Shown here one piece after another: positions 38,037 to 47,401 of a stretch of 64,000 nt of DNA. The position numbers and the translations under genes were made by a program. Below the pieces are notes generated by a model. It was given only the letters and a program-made list of their open reading frames with translations. It searched no databases and was not told the DNA's origin. The stretch lies in sequence record NC_071007.1, one strand, 5' to 3'. Numbering within the stretch: position 1 is the first letter of the stretch; each line of letters starts with the position of its first letter.

Positions 38037-40253
38037 TTATTCTAATTTATTTAATCTTTCTTCGATGTGCTTTAACTGAGTTTGAATTTCATCTATCTTT
38101 AACTCCAATCTAAGATTTGTTCTTCGTTGGGATGCATGAAGTAACCAATGACATTGATCGACTCTTAGCGAATAACGATCCCCTGCCGGTAAAACCAATA
38201 TCTTTTTACCAGTCGGAACTGTTTTTAAATCACCATCTTCTTGGATTACTGTAATGAACTCGTCCTCAAATACATCTTTCCATTTATCATAACAAAGTAA
38301 TCCAAACTCAGTGGCATCTTCACCGTGTTTGTTGAACGCTTCAACTATTTGTTGCGCAAACGCTCCTGCGTGCTTTCTAGCATTCTCTTCCCCCTTTTCT
38401 TTTATTGCCGACAGCCATTTAAATAAAATTATTTTAACATCATCAATAGCGTCTAAAACTGTTTCAGGGATTTCAAATGCTGAAGATTTTTCACGTTTAT
38501 CGGAAGTGGTGTTAACACCGTTAACACTAAAGATTTCTTTATTTCTAAAAGAAAAGCTACCGCAAGTAACATCGTTATCAACAAAGGGCCCGTAAGCTGT
38601 TGATGTAAAACGATACTTACTCACGTTTTCCAACCGATAAAAAATACTTCCTGCTTGGTGCCTGAGAATCGCTCTAGTAGGACTCACTTCATCCCCAAAT
38701 GCAATTCCAGAAAAGCTATTGCTTTTTGCACCAACGCCAAAATAATTGGCGCCTTCGCTGGCCCAATCTAAAACAAAATTCACACCAGCACCAGATGACC
38801 AATCAATAATAGATGGTAATCCATCAGCTGAAAATTGGTATGTTTTAAATGGTGCTGTAATGGCATTGTATCCAATTGCCCACCGACCACTAGTTCCAAA
38901 ATAAGGATAAAATTGAATGTTTCTAGTATCTCTATTTTGATCAGTTAAGTCAGTATTTAATCCCAAAAAGCCAAATAGTTTTCTTGCTTTTGAAACAGAG
39001 GGTTCATTAATAAAAGTCGGATTAGAGGTATTAATTGTACTTGAATCCCTAGATTCCCAAGCGACTCTTACAGTATCAAATGTATTATTATAGTTAGTGC
39101 TATGACTTTCATATTCGGATATTATTCCGTACTTGGTGTTAATAAAGTCAATATAATCACTATGTGAATATGAACTTCCTGTAACATCAACGCCAGTATC
39201 GGAATTTCGACATCTAACCCTAACTCCATTATAACCAATGTAAGCGGTTGAATTTCCGTAAACGCGAAGTGAAGTGGCATCAGCTTCATAATCACCGCCA
39301 GATACAACTAATCGACAACGAATGTTGGCATTAACACCATTTTGTTCACAATTTCTTGTCCAGACGTTATTAAGTCGGCCAGTGACACCGGCGTCCATCA
39401 CCAGTCCAGATGCTAACCCTGTCCCATTTCTTGCACCTTTTAATAAAATATTCGACATTAAAAAGCGCATTTCATTTCCAATCCAAATGGCGTAACCCTC
39501 GGTTCTTCCGGTTACATCTATTATGGTTGTCGGTTCTTGTGTTACTGGATCAACTGTTGAAGAACCTAAAATCTGGATTTGGTTTTTAGATCTTATTCCA
39601 GTTATAATTCCTTGTTCAGTAAACGTTCCTGAAGAAAGCTGTATTTTCCATGTTCCAAATAGTGTATTGCCAAAATTCTCTAAGATGTTAAAGGCATCTT
39701 GTATTGTTCTAATTGGATAGTTACTAGTTATACCGTCATTAATATCATACCCAGATGGTGAGACATGAATGGTATTATTTATTTTTGTCCCAGTAAATGT
39801 AAATGTGGTATCATCTCTTTTTAATACCCCCCGGCCGGTATGTACCACATCTTTAAAGTAAGGTATATTTTTAGTAGAAACATATGTTCCAACCGGCCAT
39901 AACAGTTCTTTACCCGTTTGTTTAGCAATTAAAACAGCCTTTTCAATACCGTCTTGATTACTAGTAATGCCGTCTATATTTGTTGTGATAAAATCACGAA
40001 CAGATAAAAATTCAGCGTTTTTATCCGCTTGTGTTCTCCCGTTCCCGATCCCTACTTTTGTTGCTCCATTTGGACCAGAAATGTTATTGATTAAATCAGT
40101 AACGTTTTTCTCCATGTAAGAATAGGTAATACGCTGTATTCCGAACCTATCCGTCCAGCTATTTTCTTCCGAATGCAATGCTCGATCTAAATTCCCTGCA
40201 TTAAGGAAAAGATCAGGGATCGTGGTCGATCCAATTGGATTTGTACTGCCCAT
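38037..40253 (-). CDS. Tailspike 2, beta-helix with C-terminal intramolecular chaperone (peptidase S74)
   Basis: Shared anchor; TSDKREK autocleavage Ser-Lys motif, HAGAFAQQI, GLLCYDKW, GDRYSLR. Confidence 0.85.
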   Translation of the reverse strand: MGSTNPIGSTTIPDLFLNAGNLDRALHSEENSWTDRFGIQRITYSYMEKNVTDLINNISGPNGATKVGIGNGRTQADKNAEFLSVRDFITTNIDGITSNQDGIEKAVLIAKQTGKELLWPVGTYVSTKNIPYFKDVVHTGRGVLKRDDTTFTFTGTKINNTIHVSPSGYDINDGITSNYPIRTIQDAFNILENFGNTLFGTWKIQLSSGTFTEQGIITGIRSKNQIQILGSSTVDPVTQEPTTIIDVTGRTEGYAIWIGNEMRFLMSNILLKGARNGTGLASGLVMDAGVTGRLNNVWTRNCEQNGVNANIRCRLVVSGGDYEADATSLRVYGNSTAYIGYNGVRVRCRNSDTGVDVTGSSYSHSDYIDFINTKYGIISEYESHSTNYNNTFDTVRVAWESRDSSTINTSNPTFINEPSVSKARKLFGFLGLNTDLTDQNRDTRNIQFYPYFGTSGRWAIGYNAITAPFKTYQFSADGLPSIIDWSSGAGVNFVLDWASEGANYFGVGAKSNSFSGIAFGDEVSPTRAILRHQAGSIFYRLENVSKYRFTSTAYGPFVDNDVTCGSFSFRNKEIFSVNGVNTTSDKREKSSAFEIPETVLDAIDDVKIILFKWLSAIKEKGEENARKHAGAFAQQIVEAFNKHGEDATEFGLLCYDKWKDVFEDEFITVIQEDGDLKTVPTGKKILVLPAGDRYSLRVDQCHWLLHASQRRTNLRLELKIDEIQTQLKHIEERLNKLE

Positions 40254-40266
40254 AAAAGGTCTCCTA

Positions 40267-40292
40267 AAGAGAAGAAATAAATTTCTTCTCTT
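40267..40292 (-). terminator. Hairpin upstream of tailspike 2
   Basis: 12-bp arms AAGAGAAGAAAT/ATTTCTTCTCTT. Confidence 0.65.
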
Positions 40293-40366
40293 TTCCCATT
40301 ATTAAAATCGTTTAGATTTTAATAAAATTATACTGTTAATTTAATAAAAGATTATTAAATGTTTAA

Positions 40367-40741
40367 TTAATTTCCCATTGTTACTTTACCGCAGCCTAAA
40401 AATGTAACAGTGATTTTGTTCTCTACTCCACTTCTATTTTCTATATAGAAAATATTTGCGTTTACACCACAGGTAGTTTTACCATCTGCACCAGTTGTTC
40501 CAGTTAATGCGGTATTTACTGCATCTAAAGCGGTTCCTGAAAAGTATTTTATCAATGCCGAACCACGACACCAAAGTAAACCATGTACTTGAGTTGAAAG
40601 GGATGAAATAAGCACATGACCTGCTGAAAGAGGCATTTCAATTTCACAAACTTCGTTATTAGGGATAGTGACAACGTAACTCCCAAATGTACTTGCAGTT
40701 TGATCTAATGCGCCAGAAAGAGCAGTTATACGAATAGCCAT
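40367..40741 (-). CDS. Tailspike accessory beta-sandwich protein
   Basis: Starts 1 nt after tailspike 3 stop; LTGTTGADGK...YIENR motif recalls C-terminal modules of capsule depolymerases. Confidence 0.6.
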   Translation of the reverse strand: MAIRITALSGALDQTASTFGSYVVTIPNNEVCEIEMPLSAGHVLISSLSTQVHGLLWCRGSALIKYFSGTALDAVNTALTGTTGADGKTTCGVNANIFYIENRSGVENKITVTFLGCGKVTMGN

Positions 40742-40742
40742 C

Positions 40743-42872
40743 TTATCCTCTCCTTAATATTTTATTACCAGTGTTTATGCTTCCTGGTTTTATTGATGTA
40801 TTAGGAGCAGCTACGGTAAACCCTTCAGGACCAACAATAATGTTATCACTACAAATATAAGTTGTTACCACACTTGTAATGTTTATTGCAGCTGGGGTTG
40901 CTGGATAACCAGTTCCTTCTTTAGCGATTATTTTATTTGAAACCACAATTGCTAGTCCAATGTGTTCTATGCGCAATAAAGGATATTTTTCCCAAAGCTT
41001 GTTATCAGAAACAATACTTTCGGCAGTCCCATAAATACTAATGGCACTAGAAAGTTCAGAGCTAGGCAAATACGATTTAAATACGGTCCCGGTAATTTCT
41101 ATTGTTCCGCCAGCGGCAGGGAAATTGAAAACAACAGAGCCTGAGCGCCAACCTTTATTACCGTCAACAATTATTAACCCACGATTAAAATTGTATTCGT
41201 TAATCCCAGCCGAAGCACTTGCTATTAATTGTAAACAATCATAGAAATGATTACCAGTAATTTCCAGATCGGACCAGTATTCAGATAGATAAACACCAAT
41301 CTTACAAAAATGTAATTTATTGTTTTTAGCAACAGAATTCCAGGTTCTTAAGTTCACGCCATAACGACAACCACTAATAACGTTATCGTGGACAAAAACG
41401 TACTCGGCATCAGTGTGAGTCGCAATCCCGGCATGAGCTCTGACATAACCTGTTGTATTAGTATCACCATAGTTAGTTTCAATAAAGTTATTATGAATAT
41501 CGATAAATCGACTAACACCATAAATAGCTGTATTTCTAGAGAGATGAGAACTAATAATACCGTGACGGCAATTGATAGTGTGATTATTAAAAATATTCAC
41601 AAACTGACTAGAGCTATAAACAATAGCGTAAGAAATAATATTGATATCACCTAATGGATTATGTTCAATGTTGTTACCGGAGATTTCTACATTATAGCAA
41701 GAAACAACTTCTAATGATCCTGTATCGACAAATTTAATTCGGTTATTGGTTAATTTAACGTTTTGTCCAAAAATAACCTTTAAACCTTGATCAGCATTCC
41801 CGTCCGGATTTCTGCCCTTACCTATAATACCAACGTTATTTATTGTGATATCTTTTATGGGGTTAATTTTTCGGATTCTTGCTGATTTAGAAACTTCCAA
41901 AGTTTCAAAAATAGGTGTACTTAACAATATGTTATTGGTAGTTGGGAAAACATTTGTTACTATAGCAAGTTGTCCCGCTGTGACTTGAACAGATGTATCA
42001 AACCACTTACCCCTATCATTAATTGAAAGTTCAATTAAATCACCAATTTTAAAATCATTAGCATTCGGGACATTGATTTTATTGTTTCCGGCAACCAAAT
42101 CACTTGTTGGGTAAATAAAATCACCAGTAGTCCCTCTATACGTTATGAGACCTACTTCCCGAGTGGTGTTATAGTTCGCCATTAAGGTAAAATCTAACCA
42201 AGAGTTTGATTCACCAAGTAAATTCACATTTGGTTGACCTACAATGACACCAGCCATCTTAAATGTATGACCAGCATCAAAGATTAATGTCCCGCCACCT
42301 AAGTTGGAAATTAAAAGCATTGCTGCATTTAATAATGCGGATTGATCAGTCCCATCATTTTTAATAAAATCAGAAGCATGGTATAACTTACCAACTTTAT
42401 TATTCAATGAATGTTTGATCCACCCATCTCGCATAAAAGAGATCAGTTTGGAACCGCCATCATCAGAGAACAAATTTTCTCTTAATGTTAATGTTTTACT
42501 TACCCAATCACTATTTGGGACTGAATTTTTGCTTACTGCTTTTGGATAATCGTTACCAACTAATCCAAATACCAACCCGGTGTTTTCTTGCAAAAGTACA
42601 TCAGCTGGTCCTGTGACTGTACCACCTGCTTCAAAACTACCATCTACTAAATTCAAACCAGCTTCAGCATAACTACGTTTTAATGCTTCTCTGGATAACT
42701 TAAAACTTTGTTGCATTTTTGCAACACGTTCCATTTTACCATAAGTCATTCGCTGGATATTAAATCGATCTATCCAGTAATCATCTTGACTATGTAAAGC
42801 TCTATCAAGGTTACCTGCATTAAAGAGCAGGTCAGCCATTGTACTAGAACCAATTGGGTTCTGACTACTCAT
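40743..42872 (-). CDS. Tailspike 3, pectate-lyase-like beta-helix depolymerase
   Basis: Shared anchor, then REALKRSYAEAGLNLVDGSFEAGG (Tail_spike_N/TSP1-Gp66-type domain), DGTDQSALLNAA and Asn-ladder repeats. Confidence 0.85.
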   Translation of the reverse strand: MSSQNPIGSSTMADLLFNAGNLDRALHSQDDYWIDRFNIQRMTYGKMERVAKMQQSFKLSREALKRSYAEAGLNLVDGSFEAGGTVTGPADVLLQENTGLVFGLVGNDYPKAVSKNSVPNSDWVSKTLTLRENLFSDDGGSKLISFMRDGWIKHSLNNKVGKLYHASDFIKNDGTDQSALLNAAMLLISNLGGGTLIFDAGHTFKMAGVIVGQPNVNLLGESNSWLDFTLMANYNTTREVGLITYRGTTGDFIYPTSDLVAGNNKINVPNANDFKIGDLIELSINDRGKWFDTSVQVTAGQLAIVTNVFPTTNNILLSTPIFETLEVSKSARIRKINPIKDITINNVGIIGKGRNPDGNADQGLKVIFGQNVKLTNNRIKFVDTGSLEVVSCYNVEISGNNIEHNPLGDINIISYAIVYSSSQFVNIFNNHTINCRHGIISSHLSRNTAIYGVSRFIDIHNNFIETNYGDTNTTGYVRAHAGIATHTDAEYVFVHDNVISGCRYGVNLRTWNSVAKNNKLHFCKIGVYLSEYWSDLEITGNHFYDCLQLIASASAGINEYNFNRGLIIVDGNKGWRSGSVVFNFPAAGGTIEITGTVFKSYLPSSELSSAISIYGTAESIVSDNKLWEKYPLLRIEHIGLAIVVSNKIIAKEGTGYPATPAAINITSVVTTYICSDNIIVGPEGFTVAAPNTSIKPGSINTGNKILRRG

Positions 42873-42889
42873 ATTTAACACCTCTAAAA

Positions 42890-42919
42890 AGTTAACATCT
42901 CCTAACAGAGATGTTAACT
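42890..42919 (-). terminator. Hairpin after tailspike 4
   Basis: 12-bp stem AGTTAACATCTC/GAGATGTTAACT. Confidence 0.75.
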
Positions 42920-42923
42920 AAAA

Positions 42924-44978
42924 TTATATTTTAAAAACAGTTAATGCTTTTAAAATAACTTCACCACCTAATAAATTTAATGTTTTATTAGAGTAGTAAC
43001 CGCCAACAATACCGCCCATATGAACAGGAAGTCCAGAGGGAGCAACTATTTCTGTAGTTTGTAAAAGCTTAGTATCTAATGGTTTAAAACCATCATAAAC
43101 TTTTACAACTTGTTTCCCGCCTCCGTAATTACCTAAAAGGAAACTACGTGATATTTCAATTCTCAATAAAATTGAACCATTTGACTGTGTTGGTGTAAAT
43201 GCTACGTTAATAGGTGTTGAAAGTACTTCGTTTGCAATTAAACCGTATTTGGCATTTGCAATTCGATAGCGAGTATCGTCATGTCGATAAAGAACAGTGG
43301 ATTGAATACTACCGTACCCATCTTGTTTATCATTTCCTAATCCGAAGAATGTACTTGAACCAAGCAAAGAAATTCCGGTTCCAACAGCCATTTCTGCTTC
43401 AACCAAAAACACAAGTTTTTCTTCACTCATCACACCAAACGTTCGGTCAAATCCTTCGGTCGTAATAATATCTGCTAAAGGTAAAAAACTATGTATTCTA
43501 GGACCATTTAAACAAGGTGGTGTTGGTGGTTTAAAATCAAAGAACCCGTAAAAGAACAGACTCTTACTTCCCCTGACATAGTGACCGAGATCTCCACATA
43601 AATATTGGATTTTATTTAATCCATATTTAAGTTTACCAACAGTATATGGGATGTCGGAGGGTTTTAATACCCCACTGTATCTAAATCCAACAGTAGGGGG
43701 GATTTTAGTTACAGTTTCGTTATTGACAAAACTTTTTATTGCAACAGCCGGAGGTAATGGATTATTAATTGGGGTATCTGGTATATCCGTTCCCCATCCT
43801 TCTCCAATTAAACCGTTATAGATAACTTCGCAATCAGGGATTTCCGACCACACCCAAATTGTTGACATAGGCGCCCGTGGACCAGATGGCTGATGGGTAA
43901 GATTGGGATCTTTATAATCAACTCTAAAGGTAAATCCTTGTTTGCTATTACTAGAACTATCGCCAGATAAAGTTAATAAGAAATTACCAAAACTATTACT
44001 TCTGGAATCATTAGAAGTAATACTTTCTGGTTTACCTGTTATAATAACAGTATTTTTAAAGAAAGTTTTAGCTAGAATTTGAGCTTTAATACGATGACCA
44101 ATATCTTTAAAATGTAACCCTACGTCGTCGCCAGTACTGAAGTCCCCGTCAGAATCGACATCGGTTGATTGTTCTAAGAACCAACGATAACCATTGCCAT
44201 TATTGTTAGCCCAATCTCTAAGTTGCTCGCCCTTATTAATAATGGGGATATTTCTTAACTTAGCAACATCGTACTTTACCATGTCGATCTGTTTTGTTAT
44301 CTCTCCGTTAAATACCGCATTTGGAACATTATAATTACGAAGAACTGGGTCACATGTTAAAATAACAGGAAGTACTCCATAAGAAACAATTTTATCAATT
44401 AATAAAAAGAGTTGTTCTTTAAATGGTACTATTTGAGAACCTTCCGGTCTTGCGTCATTTAAACCAAAATCAATAAAAACAACGTCCGGTTTACCGTAAA
44501 AGGGATTATCAATAATTGCTTTATCAAAGTTCGCAAGCGCCCAACCGTCAACCAAAGATTTTCCTGAATACCCTGCGTTGTACATAAAAATGTTATTATT
44601 GTTGAACATTTCACGCAATAGGGTTTCTAAAATAACAGGATAAGAATTTGGTGCATTTAAATTATGATTACTGTTTCCAACCGCATTACCACCAGAAGTA
44701 GGGTTACCGATCCAATCAGTTGTCCCAAATCCATCTACAGTACTGTCTCCGTAAAAGGCAAATTTGACAGTTTCTCCAGCATCCATTTTTGCAGATAAAT
44801 ATTCTAGGGATCCTTTTGGTAAAGCTTTTTTCTCCATCCCATGTAAAGTCGGTCGGGTTACACCGAATCGATCCACATAAGTATCGTCTTCACCATTTAT
44901 TGCATAATCTAAATTGGTCGCATTTAAATAGGCGTCACGGAAGTCCGGACTCCCTATGGGATTACCTGTTGATGACAT
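42924..44978 (-). CDS. Tailspike 4 with SGNH/GDSL esterase domain
   Basis: Shared anchor; FYGDSTVDG (block I Ser), NAGYSG (II), DFGLND (III), DDVGLHF (V His). Confidence 0.8.
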   Translation of the reverse strand: MSSTGNPIGSPDFRDAYLNATNLDYAINGEDDTYVDRFGVTRPTLHGMEKKALPKGSLEYLSAKMDAGETVKFAFYGDSTVDGFGTTDWIGNPTSGGNAVGNSNHNLNAPNSYPVILETLLREMFNNNNIFMYNAGYSGKSLVDGWALANFDKAIIDNPFYGKPDVVFIDFGLNDARPEGSQIVPFKEQLFLLIDKIVSYGVLPVILTCDPVLRNYNVPNAVFNGEITKQIDMVKYDVAKLRNIPIINKGEQLRDWANNNGNGYRWFLEQSTDVDSDGDFSTGDDVGLHFKDIGHRIKAQILAKTFFKNTVIITGKPESITSNDSRSNSFGNFLLTLSGDSSSNSKQGFTFRVDYKDPNLTHQPSGPRAPMSTIWVWSEIPDCEVIYNGLIGEGWGTDIPDTPINNPLPPAVAIKSFVNNETVTKIPPTVGFRYSGVLKPSDIPYTVGKLKYGLNKIQYLCGDLGHYVRGSKSLFFYGFFDFKPPTPPCLNGPRIHSFLPLADIITTEGFDRTFGVMSEEKLVFLVEAEMAVGTGISLLGSSTFFGLGNDKQDGYGSIQSTVLYRHDDTRYRIANAKYGLIANEVLSTPINVAFTPTQSNGSILLRIEISRSFLLGNYGGGKQVVKVYDGFKPLDTKLLQTTEIVAPSGLPVHMGGIVGGYYSNKTLNLLGGEVILKALTVFKI

Positions 44979-45065
44979 GTCCATCTCCTAAAATTATAAA
45001 TATTTTACCAACTCCACATAGGATCGACAGTAATATTTTATGGTATTTCCTAAGAGAAAATTCAA

Positions 45066-45416
45066 ATGGACCAATTTCAATTTAAAAATCCAAAGTTAGA
45101 ATTTATTGTCGAGACAGGTAAATTTAGATTACTGGAAGATTATGTTACTCCAGAGTGTACAGTTCCCAAAGGTTTTGTTACCAATGGTGCATCTTCGGGT
45201 AGAATATTACAAACTTTATTTCCTTCTTATTATACTTATTTTCCTGCCGCTCTTGTTCACGACTATATGTATGCAACAGGCATTGTTCCTAAAGAAGAAG
45301 CAGACCGATTATTTAGATACAATATTGAAGTTCGTTTAAAAATGTCGGCTAGATATTATATTCCGATGTATTATGCTGTTCGGTGGTTTGGTGGTTCACA
45401 TTACAAACAAAAATAA
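45066..45416 (+). CDS. DUF1353-like protein
   Basis: TVPKGFVTNGAS..AALVHDYMY..EEADRLF..AVRWFG. Confidence 0.75.
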   Translation: MDQFQFKNPKLEFIVETGKFRLLEDYVTPECTVPKGFVTNGASSGRILQTLFPSYYTYFPAALVHDYMYATGIVPKEEADRLFRYNIEVRLKMSARYYIPMYYAVRWFGGSHYKQK

Positions 45417-45619
45417 AACTAATTACCGAAACCTTAAAGACAGTGATGATAGTAAACTAAAATGCACTGTCGAAAAAATTAGGGTATTCTGTAATAAGAT
45501 AGTAATTCCATCAAACAAACTAACTGAGTTAATTAAACATTGTGACAACAAAATTATTAAAATTAGCCAAGTTATGGTGTCAGTAAAAGATTTAACTGCT
45601 TAAATAAATAAAAAAAGAT

Positions 45620-45655
45620 ATAACTCTCTGGAGCCCAAACGGGCTCCAGAGAGTT
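45620..45655. terminator. Bidirectional hairpin
   Basis: 16-bp stem TAACTCTCTGGAGCCC/GGGCTCCAGAGAGTTA. Confidence 0.85.
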
Positions 45656-45692
45656 AATAATTAACTAAAGACAAATTTAATTTATTTAAATT

Positions 45693-45713
45693 CTATTTGG
45701 TATAAGTAGACAT
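45693..45713 (-). other. 6-codon mini-ORF MSTYTK behind a full conserved leader
   Basis: Leader 45714-45745 followed by ATG TCT ACT TAT ACC AAA TAG. Confidence 0.5.
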
Positions 45714-45745
45714 GGTATTTTCCTTTTCTAAATAGAGGAGTTAAA

Positions 45746-46057
45746 TTAAACTTTCCCACCTTCCAGATATCCTTCACCAATCCAGGACTTCCAGTAGTGT
45801 GAACATTGAGCTTTACCTAATTTCATTCTGCACTCTTTGTAAACGTTATTTCCTTTCTTAACTTTGTTATCAACAACATCGGGAACTAATACGCCATCCT
45901 TGTTAAGAATAACCATGCAGATATCATTTCCCTCATTAGGAACACACCCATCTACATGTTCGACTGTCGCTATCTGATAACGCTTTTGAACATTATCATT
46001 AGCCATGGTATTAAAAGAGATAACAAATGCAATACAGAGAGCTACAGAGGCTTTCAC
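45746..46057 (-). CDS. Secreted Cys-containing small protein
   Basis: Signal peptide MKASVALCIAFVISFNTMA; four further Cys. Confidence 0.65.
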   Translation of the reverse strand: MKASVALCIAFVISFNTMANDNVQKRYQIATVEHVDGCVPNEGNDICMVILNKDGVLVPDVVDNKVKKGNNVYKECRMKLGKAQCSHYWKSWIGEGYLEGGKV

Positions 46058-46085
46058 GACATAATCCTTAACTAAATAAAAAGAA

Positions 46086-46676
46086 TTATTGATAAAAGAA
46101 ATTATGGATTTCTTCAGGAGTGGCGGAGTTAAAATTGAAATGACCTACTTTATCTTTCCCTTTAATCACCAAAGTGGTCTCGGAACTTTCATTTGAAATT
46201 TCCATCCCCATCAGTTTCAATGCTTTTACTAATCCACGGGTCAGACAGTGATTATCAATGCACCATTTTACAATAACAGTAATAGGATATCCTTGGGTTT
46301 TCAAATCAGCCAAGAAATAATCTTCAATATCATCCCTGACATTATCAATAATGCTCCAATCAAGAATCCGTTTAACAGATTTCAATCCGATTCCTTGAAC
46401 GCCGTCATGTAATACGGCTGCTTCATTACGAGCTTTAGAAATAGTGATATTGTCGCTATGGATGAACCCTACTATGAGAAAACTCCCAGTGACACGGGTC
46501 AAGGTTACCCTGTATTCAAGCCCGTTAAAAACTCCACCCAGGCGTTTTTCTCCGACGTTTTCAATTTTCATGTAAAGCTCAGGATTCATGGCATCAACCA
46601 AAGCTTTAACAATAGGGTTTTCTCTTACTTCAATTCCGTAAAGTTCTTCCATTTTGTTATGCTCCTTTCTTAACAC
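46086..46676 (-). CDS. Hypothetical protein
   Basis: Likely start MEELY at 46652 (AAGGAG SD). Confidence 0.6.
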   Translation of the reverse strand: MLRKEHNKMEELYGIEVRENPIVKALVDAMNPELYMKIENVGEKRLGGVFNGLEYRVTLTRVTGSFLIVGFIHSDNITISKARNEAAVLHDGVQGIGLKSVKRILDWSIIDNVRDDIEDYFLADLKTQGYPITVIVKWCIDNHCLTRGLVKALKLMGMEISNESSETTLVIKGKDKVGHFNFNSATPEEIHNFFYQ

Positions 46677-46998
46677 GTTCTACCCACTCTTGCAGGAAGA
46701 TGATAAAGTTTTCTTTATTGCTCAACCCGACAGCAATAGGCTCACAAACGTGCCCGCCCATACGACGTTGGAATTTAGCCAGGTAAACATCTTCTTTTCT
46801 AACCATGTTGATATGCTGCCAGTCGATGTACCCTGTCAGTGTCATTTCATTAGCTTCGTAAGAAACGCACAGTTCAAACGTCCCCAGTTCTTCGGTCGAC
46901 CCACCCAGGCGAAATTCCCCTTGGTTCGGAAGAACACGGTGAGTAGACTTTGGGTTGGTCATCAGATCGGCAATTTTTTCCAGGTATGCGGCTTTCAT
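46657..46998 (-). CDS. Hypothetical protein
   Basis: 113-aa ORF with AAGGA SD. Confidence 0.6.
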   Translation of the reverse strand: MKAAYLEKIADLMTNPKSTHRVLPNQGEFRLGGSTEELGTFELCVSYEANEMTLTGYIDWQHINMVRKEDVYLAKFQRRMGGHVCEPIAVGLSNKENFIIFLQEWVERVKKGA

Positions 46999-47044
46999 GA
47001 TTTTTTCCTTTATAAAAGATATTGTAATGGCGAGATTATTAATT

Positions 47045-47389
47045 TTACACTTCAGCTTTATTCAGTTTGTAATCAACAATAAGTTCCGCTGTTCTGCCAG
47101 CAAGTTCCGCACCCCACTTAGCATAAAGTTGTTTTCTTCCAATCTTGCACAATTCAAAAATAACTTCAGCTGTTTCAACAATTTTGCATTTGGGGTTAGA
47201 GATTTTGGTGGTAATTGAGATGTTACCATTAATTGTTCTTTTCATTTTAACCAAAACCGATGAACCATTCCCAATGTTAAAACGTCGGAAATCGTTTACA
47301 CTCGCCCACATCCCCACGACACTTTGTTCTACTCCCTTAAGGAGTTTAGCTTGCTGAACTTCTGTCATGTTTTCAAAAACAGATTCCAT
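47045..47389 (-). CDS. Hypothetical protein
   Basis: 114-aa ORF. Confidence 0.6.
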   Translation of the reverse strand: MESVFENMTEVQQAKLLKGVEQSVVGMWASVNDFRRFNIGNGSSVLVKMKRTINGNISITTKISNPKCKIVETAEVIFELCKIGRKQLYAKWGAELAGRTAELIVDYKLNKAEV

Positions 47390-47401
47390 AATAATTTCCT
47401 T

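Noticed and set aside
45373-45603. 76-aa plus-strand ORF after DUF1353
   Set aside because: Starts inside the upstream gene with no SD and no motif; cannot be supported
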